Source: Gammaproteobacteria bacterium (GTDB lineage Bacteria; Pseudomonadota; Gammaproteobacteria; Eutrophobiales; Eutrophobiaceae). Taken from it: DNA of 64,000 nt. Location: positions 1,099-65,098 of the forward strand of contig JAJFKM010000041.1 of the NCBI GenBank assembly GCA_021773215.1. The letters are read 5' to 3'. Within the stretch, counting starts at the first letter, position 1, and every line of letters begins with the position of its first letter. The notes under the pieces were generated by a model. The model saw only the letters and a program-made list of their open reading frames with translations. It did not search any database and was not told the origin of the DNA. Of this stretch, positions 41,285 through 49,609 are shown piece by piece. Both the position numbers and the translations under genes were made by a program.

Positions 41285-42716
41285 CCTGCTGAAAGGTTTG
41301 ATTTAGTACAATACAAAGCAGCGCTATTATAAATCCTGGAACGAGCTCATATAGTTCAAACAATCGATAACTGGATTCAATATTTTTCCAGACAATAACC
41401 GTTATGCCGCCTGACATCATGCCGATTACTGCTGAACTTTTATGCATTGAATTCCAGAATAAAGATAAAAGAACAACAGGACCAAAAGTTGCACCAAAAC
41501 CTGCCCAGGCATAGGCAACAAGTTCTAGTACATTATTATCGGGTTTTAAAGCAAGTATTGTTGCAAAAATTGTAATAATGATGACAGCCAGTCGACCGAT
41601 TAAGACCAATTGTTTATCCATCACTTTAACACTTATGATTTTATAAATATCTTCAGTCAGCGCAGAAGAAGCGACCAATAATTGCGAGTCAGCGGTACTC
41701 ATAATCGCCGCCAGAATAGCTGCTAGACATATCCCCGCTGGAACAGGGTGTAAGAGCAAATTCAACAATTCAATAAAAACCTTTTCACTGTCACCACTTT
41801 GTAGTTGATTGCCCAATAGTACGCTACCAGCAAAGCCAATAAACAAAGCGCTCATCAAGCTAATCAGAGTCCAGCTCAAAGCAATTCGTCTGGCTGAAGG
41901 GATTTTCCCAGGAGTCTTGATTGCCATAAAGCGGATTAAAATATGTGGTTGCCCAAAATACCCCAAGCCCCAAGCTAGTAGCGATACGATACCAATAAAA
42001 CCTAATGCTTCGCCCGAGGCCAAGGTGAAGGCATTGATTAATTCAGGGTTTTGCTTCGACATTGATGAGAATAAGACATCGATACCATGAAGATTATAAA
42101 CAGAGATGATGGCGACATAACTCAATGCAAATGCCATCAATAAACCCTGTATTAAGTCGGTCCAGGATACAGCGAGGAATCCACCGAGACTGGTATAGGC
42201 CAGAATGGCAATCGCACCCGTTATAACGGCCCACGTGTAGGACAAGCCAAATACAGATTCGAATAATTTTCCACCAGCGACGAGTCCAGAACTGGTGTAG
42301 AACATATAAAACAATAGGATAAACACTGCAGAAATGATGCGTAGTAAATGACTGTTGTCTTTAAATCGGTTTTCAAGATATTCAGGTAAGGTTAGAGCAT
42401 TATTGAGTAATTCAGTATTGATCCGTAGTCGTGGTGCTACCAAATACCAATTAAGGCAGGTGCCTATAAATAAACCAATTGCAATCCAAATGGCTTCAAA
42501 CCCGGCAAGAAAAGCATAACCAGGTAAGCCTAATAACAACCAACCACTCATATCAGAGGCGCCGGCACTAATTGCTGTTGCCCAAGCCCCTAGTCTTCTA
42601 CCACCGAGTATAAAGTCTGAAAGGCTATGTGTGTTACGCCATGCAACTAGACCAATGACAAAGATCATTACTAGATAAAGTAAAAAAGTAATGAATATGA
42701 CGGTCTGACTTGTCAT
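41262..42716 (-). CDS. putP: Sodium/proline symporter
   Basis: GGRRLG, SAGASDMSGWLLLGLPG, GYFGQPHIL, AAIMSTADSQLLV. Confidence 0.93.
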   Translation of the reverse strand: MTSQTVIFITFLLYLVMIFVIGLVAWRNTHSLSDFILGGRRLGAWATAISAGASDMSGWLLLGLPGYAFLAGFEAIWIAIGLFIGTCLNWYLVAPRLRINTELLNNALTLPEYLENRFKDNSHLLRIISAVFILLFYMFYTSSGLVAGGKLFESVFGLSYTWAVITGAIAILAYTSLGGFLAVSWTDLIQGLLMAFALSYVAIISVYNLHGIDVLFSSMSKQNPELINAFTLASGEALGFIGIVSLLAWGLGYFGQPHILIRFMAIKTPGKIPSARRIALSWTLISLMSALFIGFAGSVLLGNQLQSGDSEKVFIELLNLLLHPVPAGICLAAILAAIMSTADSQLLVASSALTEDIYKIISVKVMDKQLVLIGRLAVIIITIFATILALKPDNNVLELVAYAWAGFGATFGPVVLLSLFWNSMHKSSAVIGMMSGGITVIVWKNIESSYRLFELYELVPGFIIALLCIVLNQTFQQAKLRRGV

Positions 42717-42719
42717 TGT

Positions 42720-43718
42720 TTAAATCGAATCATGACACGGGAAGAATTTTTCAGAAGGGATATGTTCAAGAATAATATCTTTACAGAACTCAAGCATGCC
42801 ATTACGAATCTCAGCAGGGTAGCCGATGTTGTTATCTTCTTCTTCCATGGGCGATGAAAATAGTTTTTCATCAGGATAAAGTTTCTCTACTTTTCGGAAG
42901 TAAGCTTTTGGTAGTCTAAAACTACCTAGACTGACAGAATGGATTAAGTCCAAGTTTATACTTGAGAATACTCGAGTAAATAGCTCTGCGTATTCTTTCT
43001 CATACTCTTTTGTGTAGATTAGCGGATCGAAGCGTAAGCCTATCAGCCAACCGGCTCGTTGTAAGTCAATGATCGCCTTGAGTCGTTTTTCGACATTCGG
43101 TGCTTTGTGTTCCAGTGCTGAGGCGATCTTGTTGGGTGTGAAACTAAACGCGATGACACAGTTTTGAATAGGATCTCGTTTTAATAGATTTCTAATCTGT
43201 GTGCTTTTAGTTCTCAACTCAAGTAATGCTTGTGGGTTCTTTTCAAAGAAGGGTAAGAACTCCTCAGTGAAATTTGTCACGGGATCTAACGCAAGACTGT
43301 CGCAATCATAACCAGAGAAAAAATGCACAGCTTGATCCTTGTGCTGCGCTAATGAGGTTTGCATATCATCGATAAAGTCTTCGTAGTTAATAAACAATAC
43401 ATAATGCGCAGACTGAAACATGCCTTGTAGAAAACAATAGCGGCAGTCATACAGACAATTCAGCATGTGTGAGAAATAATAATTATGATCAGCGCCAATG
43501 GCATACTGCTTAGGCGTGGCCAACACCATACCTTTATGCTTTTTAGCTAGTATTAATGCAGGTTGTTTCTTTTGCAGTCTAAAGTTCTGTGACTTGCGAT
43601 TGAATATTTCACCGTAACGTTCACAAGCCACCTTCGATGCGTCAGGAAATCGTTTTAGAATCTCCAAAGTGCGTGGATGTTCTGCAATCTCTTTTTCTAT
43701 ATAGATCGTGTTAATCAT
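42720..43718 (-). CDS. Spore photoproduct lyase-like radical SAM protein
   Basis: NCLYDCRYCFLQG, DSLALD, ELRTKS, EHKAP, RFDP. Likely ATG at 43718 overlaps the upstream stop. Confidence 0.85.
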   Translation of the reverse strand: MINTIYIEKEIAEHPRTLEILKRFPDASKVACERYGEIFNRKSQNFRLQKKQPALILAKKHKGMVLATPKQYAIGADHNYYFSHMLNCLYDCRYCFLQGMFQSAHYVLFINYEDFIDDMQTSLAQHKDQAVHFFSGYDCDSLALDPVTNFTEEFLPFFEKNPQALLELRTKSTQIRNLLKRDPIQNCVIAFSFTPNKIASALEHKAPNVEKRLKAIIDLQRAGWLIGLRFDPLIYTKEYEKEYAELFTRVFSSINLDLIHSVSLGSFRLPKAYFRKVEKLYPDEKLFSSPMEEEDNNIGYPAEIRNGMLEFCKDIILEHIPSEKFFPCHDSI

Positions 43719-44529
43719 GGATTGCAAAATCTGACTCGGCGAGTTTGCCCTGTACCTGTTTGTTGAGTGCCTTGCCATTTTTTATATCACGTACAAATTT
43801 CATGATATCATCATCAGGGAATCGGACGGGCCATTGACGTAATAAACGTACAAGCTGTAGACGTTCGGACTGTGTGAAATGGTATTGCTCGATCAGTGTT
43901 TGGTAATGTTCTGGCTGAGTCTTTATTGATCTAAGTTCTTCAGAGAGTGGTTTGAGCGAATCCAACACCTGCTCTATCGTTGTCATATGCTTAGCGATTA
44001 ATTTTTTAACACTATCAGCATTGATCTTGTCAGCAGGGTGTTCCTGATTGTCTGAAACTATCTTTAGGCAATGAATCAATTCGGCAGTACCGAGACGCAA
44101 TGCCATTTGGTAAAAGCCAGCGGCTTCCATATCGAATAGAGCATCTTGATATTCAGTTGAAGGGGTGTCGTGAGTGATCAAAGCAGCACTAGTGCAATCG
44201 GTTTTAAACAATATCTGTGGATACCAGCTTGTTTTGTGTTGATTGTCTGTAATCTTATTAACAAGACACGCCTCGCCAACAGAGATATTCGCATGCCCGG
44301 CAATGCCTATGTTCAACCAAATGTCGGATGAAGATGTATCCAAGCAGGCATGGTGATAAGTTACTGCCGCTGCTGCATTTAGTTTTCCAATACCCGTAAT
44401 AGCGAGGCTAATATTTTTATCTTGAGATTGATAGAGACGAAACAGTTCGAATTCTTTTATTTCACATAGCTTGAAATGTTGAATGAGTGTTTCTGCTTCA
44501 CAGGGAAGTGCACAAAATAGATGAATCAT
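43711..44529 (-). CDS. MTA/SAH nucleosidase / nucleoside phosphorylase-like protein
   Basis: ALPCEA, TGIGK, NIGIAG, DMEAAGF, KIVSD. Confidence 0.8.
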   Translation of the reverse strand: MIHLFCALPCEAETLIQHFKLCEIKEFELFRLYQSQDKNISLAITGIGKLNAAAAVTYHHACLDTSSSDIWLNIGIAGHANISVGEACLVNKITDNQHKTSWYPQILFKTDCTSAALITHDTPSTEYQDALFDMEAAGFYQMALRLGTAELIHCLKIVSDNQEHPADKINADSVKKLIAKHMTTIEQVLDSLKPLSEELRSIKTQPEHYQTLIEQYHFTQSERLQLVRLLRQWPVRFPDDDIMKFVRDIKNGKALNKQVQGKLAESDFAIHD

Positions 44530-44531
44530 CG

Positions 44532-44990
44532 TTATGTGTTTAAAGTATCTTTATTGGCTAGACAGGTATTAATAAAAGATTGCCATGTTTCATCGGGTTC
44601 CCAAACATCTAACATGTCTTGTCTAGCAGTGTCTTCATCACAATCATGTGTAATAACACGGTATAAATAGATGAAGCAGGAGACACGCCAGTTATAAGCA
44701 CAATGTACTAATATGCTTTTTTCTTTGTTTTGATCCATTGCCTGAAAGAAGCGTTCTATATCAGTAGTCTCAGGGTTTTTAAAATCGACCGGGATATGAA
44801 TGTAATCCATGGTGCTTTCCTGCACGACATCATGTTCATTCTCGATTGCACCGGGAGAATCAGGAAAGGCCAAGTTGATGATCAAATCAACACCGGCTTG
44901 TTTTATCGATTTAAACTGGTCAACAGTTGGTTGTGCTGCAGTATGCAGTGTGTCGGATATTTTGCGGTATGTTTTTATGTCTTCAAGCAT
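44532..44990 (-). CDS. PTP-fold (DUF442-like) phosphatase/sulfurtransferase
   Basis: AQPT, INLA, YIHIPV, HCAYNWR (CX5R-like). Confidence 0.8.
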   Translation of the reverse strand: MLEDIKTYRKISDTLHTAAQPTVDQFKSIKQAGVDLIINLAFPDSPGAIENEHDVVQESTMDYIHIPVDFKNPETTDIERFFQAMDQNKEKSILVHCAYNWRVSCFIYLYRVITHDCDEDTARQDMLDVWEPDETWQSFINTCLANKDTLNT

Positions 44991-45807
44991 AGTGTTTTGC
45001 CATGGCCTCAAATTCTTCACAATATTCATTCTTGCCATGTTTTTCTGCGCCTTTCAGAAAAATGCTTATCTTGTTAGTTAACATATCAATTGCTGCTTCG
45101 CGATCTGAATCGCTTAACTTTTGTGATTCGATGCATTTTTTCAAGGCTATAATTCGAAACCGATCCATGCCCCAATGTTGTCTTGATAATTGGTCTTCAT
45201 GGCCACCAAATTTATTCGTTAACGCCTCGTCAATAAACAACACCGGATAATGGCAACAAATCCGTAACCACATATCGTAATCTTCACATGCCGGGAGGTT
45301 TTCATCAAACAAACCGACCTTATCAAACAGTTCTTTTTTAATTATTACCGATGATGGTGAAATAGCACAAAGTGGCAAGCAGTATTGAAAGATATTGCCA
45401 CCGTGTTTTTCGTGTTTCTGTCCTTGGTTTAGAATCTTGCCATTGCGATACCATATCTCATTGGTATGACATAAGAGATAGTCGGGATTCTCTGTGAGTG
45501 CCTTGCATTGTTTTTCAAGTTTGTCGGGCTGCCAACTGTCATCTGAGTCAAGCAAACAAACCCATTCGCATGTGGTTGCATTTATCCCTGTATTCCTCGC
45601 TGTGCTAACCCCCATATTTGTTTGATTTATATAGCGTACTTGAGAGTAGTTATCTTCGATGAGCTGTTGTGTGTTATCAGTAGACCCATCATCAATAACA
45701 ATAATCTCGGTAGCAGGATAAGTCTGAGCAACAACCGATGCTATAGCGCGTTCGAGAAGCACCGCACGGTTGTAGGTAGGGATTATTACAGCAACTTTTT
45801 TTAACAT
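44983..45807 (-). CDS. Glycosyltransferase family 2
   Basis: IIPTYNR, DDGSTD, LDSDD, EDYDMWLR. Confidence 0.92.
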   Translation of the reverse strand: MLKKVAVIIPTYNRAVLLERAIASVVAQTYPATEIIVIDDGSTDNTQQLIEDNYSQVRYINQTNMGVSTARNTGINATTCEWVCLLDSDDSWQPDKLEKQCKALTENPDYLLCHTNEIWYRNGKILNQGQKHEKHGGNIFQYCLPLCAISPSSVIIKKELFDKVGLFDENLPACEDYDMWLRICCHYPVLFIDEALTNKFGGHEDQLSRQHWGMDRFRIIALKKCIESQKLSDSDREAAIDMLTNKISIFLKGAEKHGKNEYCEEFEAMAKHYA

Positions 45808-45861
45808 GCCAAAATAGGTGGTGTCAGTTAGAATAGCGCGCTCACGATAAACGACTTAATC

Positions 45862-46105
45862 TAACTTGCCAATCGTTGTTGAACGGCACTTAATAAAATA
45901 TTATGTATTTTAAACCAGTAACTTATCATATTACAGTTGATAAACTGTTTACAAAAATAGCCTACGCAAATGATTGCACGTATTTTAGGCCCATTTGCTT
46001 GACGGCAAAAGTCTTGCGTAGACTAACTATGCGCGACTTTTTAGTCGGCGTAACTAAAGCTAAAATACGCACACTCATTTGCGTTCAACTACGATTGGCA
46101 AGTTA
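45862..46105. mobile_element. MITE-like element with 24-bp TIRs and internal long hairpin
   Basis: TAACTTGCCAATCGT(T/A)GTTGAACG at both ends (1 mismatch); internal inverted repeat 45964..46084. Confidence 0.75.
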
Positions 46106-46106
46106 A

Positions 46107-46862
46107 ATGGAACGCCTCAAAAATAAAATAGCAGTCATTACTGGTGCCAGCAGTGGTATAGGTGCTGGGATCGCAGCATTATTCGCAAAAGAAGGGGCTG
46201 CGGTTGTTGTTAATTACCGTAAATCCAAAGATAGTGCAGAAAAAGTGGTCGATGAAATTAAGGACATGGGGCAGAGAGCGATTGCTATTCAAGCAGATAT
46301 GGCAAATAAAGAGGATATTGCTCGTCTTATTGCAACAACCTTGTCAGAATTTGGCCGTATTGATATCTGGGTTAATAATGCGGGTGCAGATATTCTTACT
46401 GGTGCGGGTGCATCAGCTAAGCTCGATGAAAAGTTAGACCAACTATTAAACGTTGATCTCAAGGGCACGATGAATGCCTGTTGGTCGATAACATCAATGA
46501 TGCAAGCACAAGGTTCAGGCGTGATTGTGAATATGGGTTGGGACTTATCAACGCATGGATTTGAAGGTACAAACCCACAAATATTTGCCGCATCAAAAGC
46601 AGGTGTATTGGGATTTACCCGATCCTTCGCTAAAACGGTTGGCCCTGAAATTCGAGTCAACATGGTCTCTCCTGGATGGATAGCGACTTCCTTTGCTGAA
46701 GAACATATGCAAGATGAATATTTTCAAGCAAGAATAAAGGAGATTCCTTTAGGACGCTTTGGAAAACCGGAAGATGTAGCAGCAGCAGTTTTGTTTTTAG
46801 CCTCTGATGAATCATCTTACTTATCAGGAGAGTCGATCAATATTAATGGTGGCTTGGTTTAA
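46107..46862 (+). CDS. Short-chain dehydrogenase/reductase (FabG-like)
   Basis: TGASSGIG, NNAG, FAASK (Tyr of YxxxK replaced by Phe), PLGRFG. Confidence 0.88.
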   Translation: MERLKNKIAVITGASSGIGAGIAALFAKEGAAVVVNYRKSKDSAEKVVDEIKDMGQRAIAIQADMANKEDIARLIATTLSEFGRIDIWVNNAGADILTGAGASAKLDEKLDQLLNVDLKGTMNACWSITSMMQAQGSGVIVNMGWDLSTHGFEGTNPQIFAASKAGVLGFTRSFAKTVGPEIRVNMVSPGWIATSFAEEHMQDEYFQARIKEIPLGRFGKPEDVAAAVLFLASDESSYLSGESININGGLV

Positions 46863-46890
46863 TAAATAACTTTTACTAATTATTGAAATT

Positions 46891-47271
46891 ATGTCTGAAG
46901 AATCTAAAAAAAATGGTATTAAAGTACGCACAGAAGTCATGGGCGAAAAATTTGTGCAACGTGCTGTTGATAACACGACGGAATTAACTGCACCATTACA
47001 AGACTGGATCAATGAACATGCTTGGGGCTCTACCTGGCAACGTGATGGCTTGCCACGACAAACACGATCATTGATTACTATTGCTATGCTCGCAGCGCTT
47101 AAGTCACCGACCGAATTAAAAGGTCACGTCCGTGGCGCTTTGAACAATGGCTGTTCAGTTGAAGAGATACAGGAAGTATTATTACACTCGGTTGTCTATA
47201 GCGGTGCTCCAGCAGCACAAGAAGCCTTTCGTGCTGCACAAGAAGTTATAGATGAATGGCAAAAAAGGTAG
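46891..47271 (+). CDS. Carboxymuconolactone decarboxylase family protein
   Basis: WGSTWQR, TRSLITIAML, HVRGALNNG, YSGAP. Confidence 0.88.
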   Translation: MSEESKKNGIKVRTEVMGEKFVQRAVDNTTELTAPLQDWINEHAWGSTWQRDGLPRQTRSLITIAMLAALKSPTELKGHVRGALNNGCSVEEIQEVLLHSVVYSGAPAAQEAFRAAQEVIDEWQKR

Positions 47272-47286
47272 TGTTTCTATAAACAA

Positions 47287-47802
47287 TCAGTAATGAATCA
47301 AAGAGTGAACATTATATTTAGATAGTTTCTCTCTGCCTTTCAGGAAATCCAGTTCAACTACAAACGCACAGGCAGCGACTTCAGCGCCCAGCTTTTCAAT
47401 CAATTGGCAACTGGCCGCTGCAGTACCACCGGTTGCGATAAGATCATCAACCAATAACACACGGTCTCCTTTCTTCAGAGCATCGGTATGGACTTCCAGT
47501 GTGGCTGAACCGTATTCGAGATCGTAGGACATGCTTTGAACGTCATAAGGTAATTTGCCAGGTTTGCGTAATGGGATGAAACCAATGCCGAGTTCCCATG
47601 CAGCGAGGCTGCCGAAGATAAAGCCACGTGCTTCCATTCCTGCTACTGCTGTAATGTTTTCTCCAAGGAATGGATGAATTAATTGATTTACTGCTAGCCG
47701 CAGCATGGCAGGTTCTTTGACAAGCGGAGTAATATCCTTGAACTGTATGCCTGGTTCAGGAAAGTCCGGGATATTACGAATATGAGCTTCTAAACGTTTC
47801 AT
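47287..47802 (-). CDS. apt: Adenine phosphoribosyltransferase
   Basis: PDFPEPGIQFKDIT, EARGF, RKPGKLP, VDDLIATGGT. Confidence 0.98.
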   Translation of the reverse strand: MKRLEAHIRNIPDFPEPGIQFKDITPLVKEPAMLRLAVNQLIHPFLGENITAVAGMEARGFIFGSLAAWELGIGFIPLRKPGKLPYDVQSMSYDLEYGSATLEVHTDALKKGDRVLLVDDLIATGGTAAASCQLIEKLGAEVAACAFVVELDFLKGREKLSKYNVHSLIHY

Positions 47803-47919
47803 GAAATGTCTCCAAATTGCGTTATAATTTTTTCTCTATAATAAACGCTAATTAATATAGAAGGGAATTCATCTGTCCTTCTAAATAAATTTTATCTGGT
47901 TAATTAAGAAATAATACAA

Positions 47920-48588
47920 ATGCAGACATTTGAGACTATATACGAAGGCGCCTTAGACAGAAAAGGAGGTGTTGAGGCCCTAGAAACATTATTGCCCATA
48001 CCTCGTACGCAAAAAGAGCTTAAAAAACTTTTAGACGAATTTTGTTTATCGAATATGTGTCGACGTATTTTTCAAGCAGGTTTAAATCGCAAGATTATTG
48101 ACAATAAATGGCCGGCATTTGAAGAAGTCTTTCATCAGTTTGATATCAACGCAGTAAGGATGATGAGTGATGATGCACTTCAGAATTTGATGGATGATAA
48201 ACGCATTGTACGGCATTGGGGCAAGATTCAAAGTGTACGACATAATGCACAGACTATTTATGAATTAAATGAAGAGCAGGGTGGCTTTGTTAATTACCTG
48301 GCGGAATGGCCTTCTGATAATATTGTTGAGTTCTGGGATGTGCTAAAAAAGCGCTTCAAGCAATTAGGCGGTGCATCCGGGCCATATTTTTTAAGGCGTA
48401 TAAAAAAAGACACATTTTTCTTAACACAAGATGTCATCAGGGCTATGGCACGTTGGGGCGCTATTGATGAAGAACCTAAGAATAAAAAGCAGAAAAAACA
48501 TGTGCAGGATTGTATGAATGTCTGGCAAGAAGAGAGTCAGAGACCCTATTGTCAAATCAGTATGATATTAGCGCAATCGGTAGATTAG
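47920..48588 (+). CDS. DNA-3-methyladenine glycosylase I family protein
   Basis: FQAGL, KWPAFEEVF, IVRHWGKI, FKQLGG. Confidence 0.85.
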   Translation: MQTFETIYEGALDRKGGVEALETLLPIPRTQKELKKLLDEFCLSNMCRRIFQAGLNRKIIDNKWPAFEEVFHQFDINAVRMMSDDALQNLMDDKRIVRHWGKIQSVRHNAQTIYELNEEQGGFVNYLAEWPSDNIVEFWDVLKKRFKQLGGASGPYFLRRIKKDTFFLTQDVIRAMARWGAIDEEPKNKKQKKHVQDCMNVWQEESQRPYCQISMILAQSVD

Positions 48589-48589
48589 T

Positions 48590-49084
48590 ATGGGACGTTG
48601 GCGACCACCGGCACCTAAGTCTGCCCCGTACATTACTCCGGAAGGTTATAGAAAACTGGAACAGGAGAATGCTGCTTTATGGACAAAGCGAAATATTGTC
48701 GCAAAGGCCGTTACTGCAGCAGCAGCAGAGGGTGATCGATCTGAGAATGCTGAGTATATTTATCGTAAAAAGCAATTACGTGAGATTGATTCACGTATAG
48801 GCTATTTACAACGGCGCATGCCTAATCTCACGGTTGTCCGAGATATACAAGATACTACTAAAATATTTTTTGGTGCGTGGGCAACGCTTGAAGATGAGAA
48901 TGGCGAAGAACGTCGTCATCGTATTGTCGGTGCAGATGAGTTTGACCAAAATGAGCAGTACATTACAGTTGATTCACCATTAGCAAAATTATTACTCGGT
49001 AAAACTGTGGATAATGAAATAGTCTTTGAAAGAGAAGGTGCAAAGCAATATTTGACTATCATCAATATTGAATATGCCGACTAG
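48590..49084 (+). CDS. greB: Transcription elongation factor GreB
   Basis: YITPEG, GDRSENAEYIY, LREIDSRI, DSPLA. Confidence 0.95.
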   Translation: MGRWRPPAPKSAPYITPEGYRKLEQENAALWTKRNIVAKAVTAAAAEGDRSENAEYIYRKKQLREIDSRIGYLQRRMPNLTVVRDIQDTTKIFFGAWATLEDENGEERRHRIVGADEFDQNEQYITVDSPLAKLLLGKTVDNEIVFEREGAKQYLTIINIEYAD

Positions 49085-49132
49085 AGGCTATCAAAACCAT
49101 TCTAAATTATAATTAGCAAGAAGGTGCGACGC

Positions 49133-49603
49133 ATGATTAAAAAAATAAATATTCTGATTCTAATGCTCTTCAGTAGTTTTATTCATGCTGGAGAAGACCA
49201 AAGTGCTATTTTTTCTGTAAGCGCAGAAAGACCTGGCGAAGAGGTATATCAATCGGTTTATAAATCTCTGGAAGAATCGCGTTTCTATGTCATCTTTGAA
49301 GCAAATATAGGAAAAAATCTAGCGCGTAATGCTGAGCGTTGGGGAGATGAATACAATAGGAATAAATTCGAGTTTGTTAAATCAATGGTGGTATGTAATC
49401 CCTATTATACTAATCAGGTGATGAATCTTGATCCAGAGATGATGGCGTTATGTCCACTTACGGTTACAGTTATACATAAGGAAGGAAGTAGTACAGTATT
49501 ATTCAGAAAACTAACGCCGACAGGAAAGGGGAGTGGAGCAGAGGATGTTTTATGGGAAGTTGAAAATACTATAATTACGGCGATTGAGAATGCCGTTGAC
49601 TAG
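49133..49603 (+). CDS. DUF302-family secreted protein
   Basis: Signal peptide, CNP…LCP motif. Confidence 0.75.
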   Translation: MIKKINILILMLFSSFIHAGEDQSAIFSVSAERPGEEVYQSVYKSLEESRFYVIFEANIGKNLARNAERWGDEYNRNKFEFVKSMVVCNPYYTNQVMNLDPEMMALCPLTVTVIHKEGSSTVLFRKLTPTGKGSGAEDVLWEVENTIITAIENAVD

Positions 49604-49609
49604 TGACAG

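Noticed and set aside
45903-46106. 67-aa ORF
   Set aside because: Lies entirely inside the MITE; no recognisable motif.
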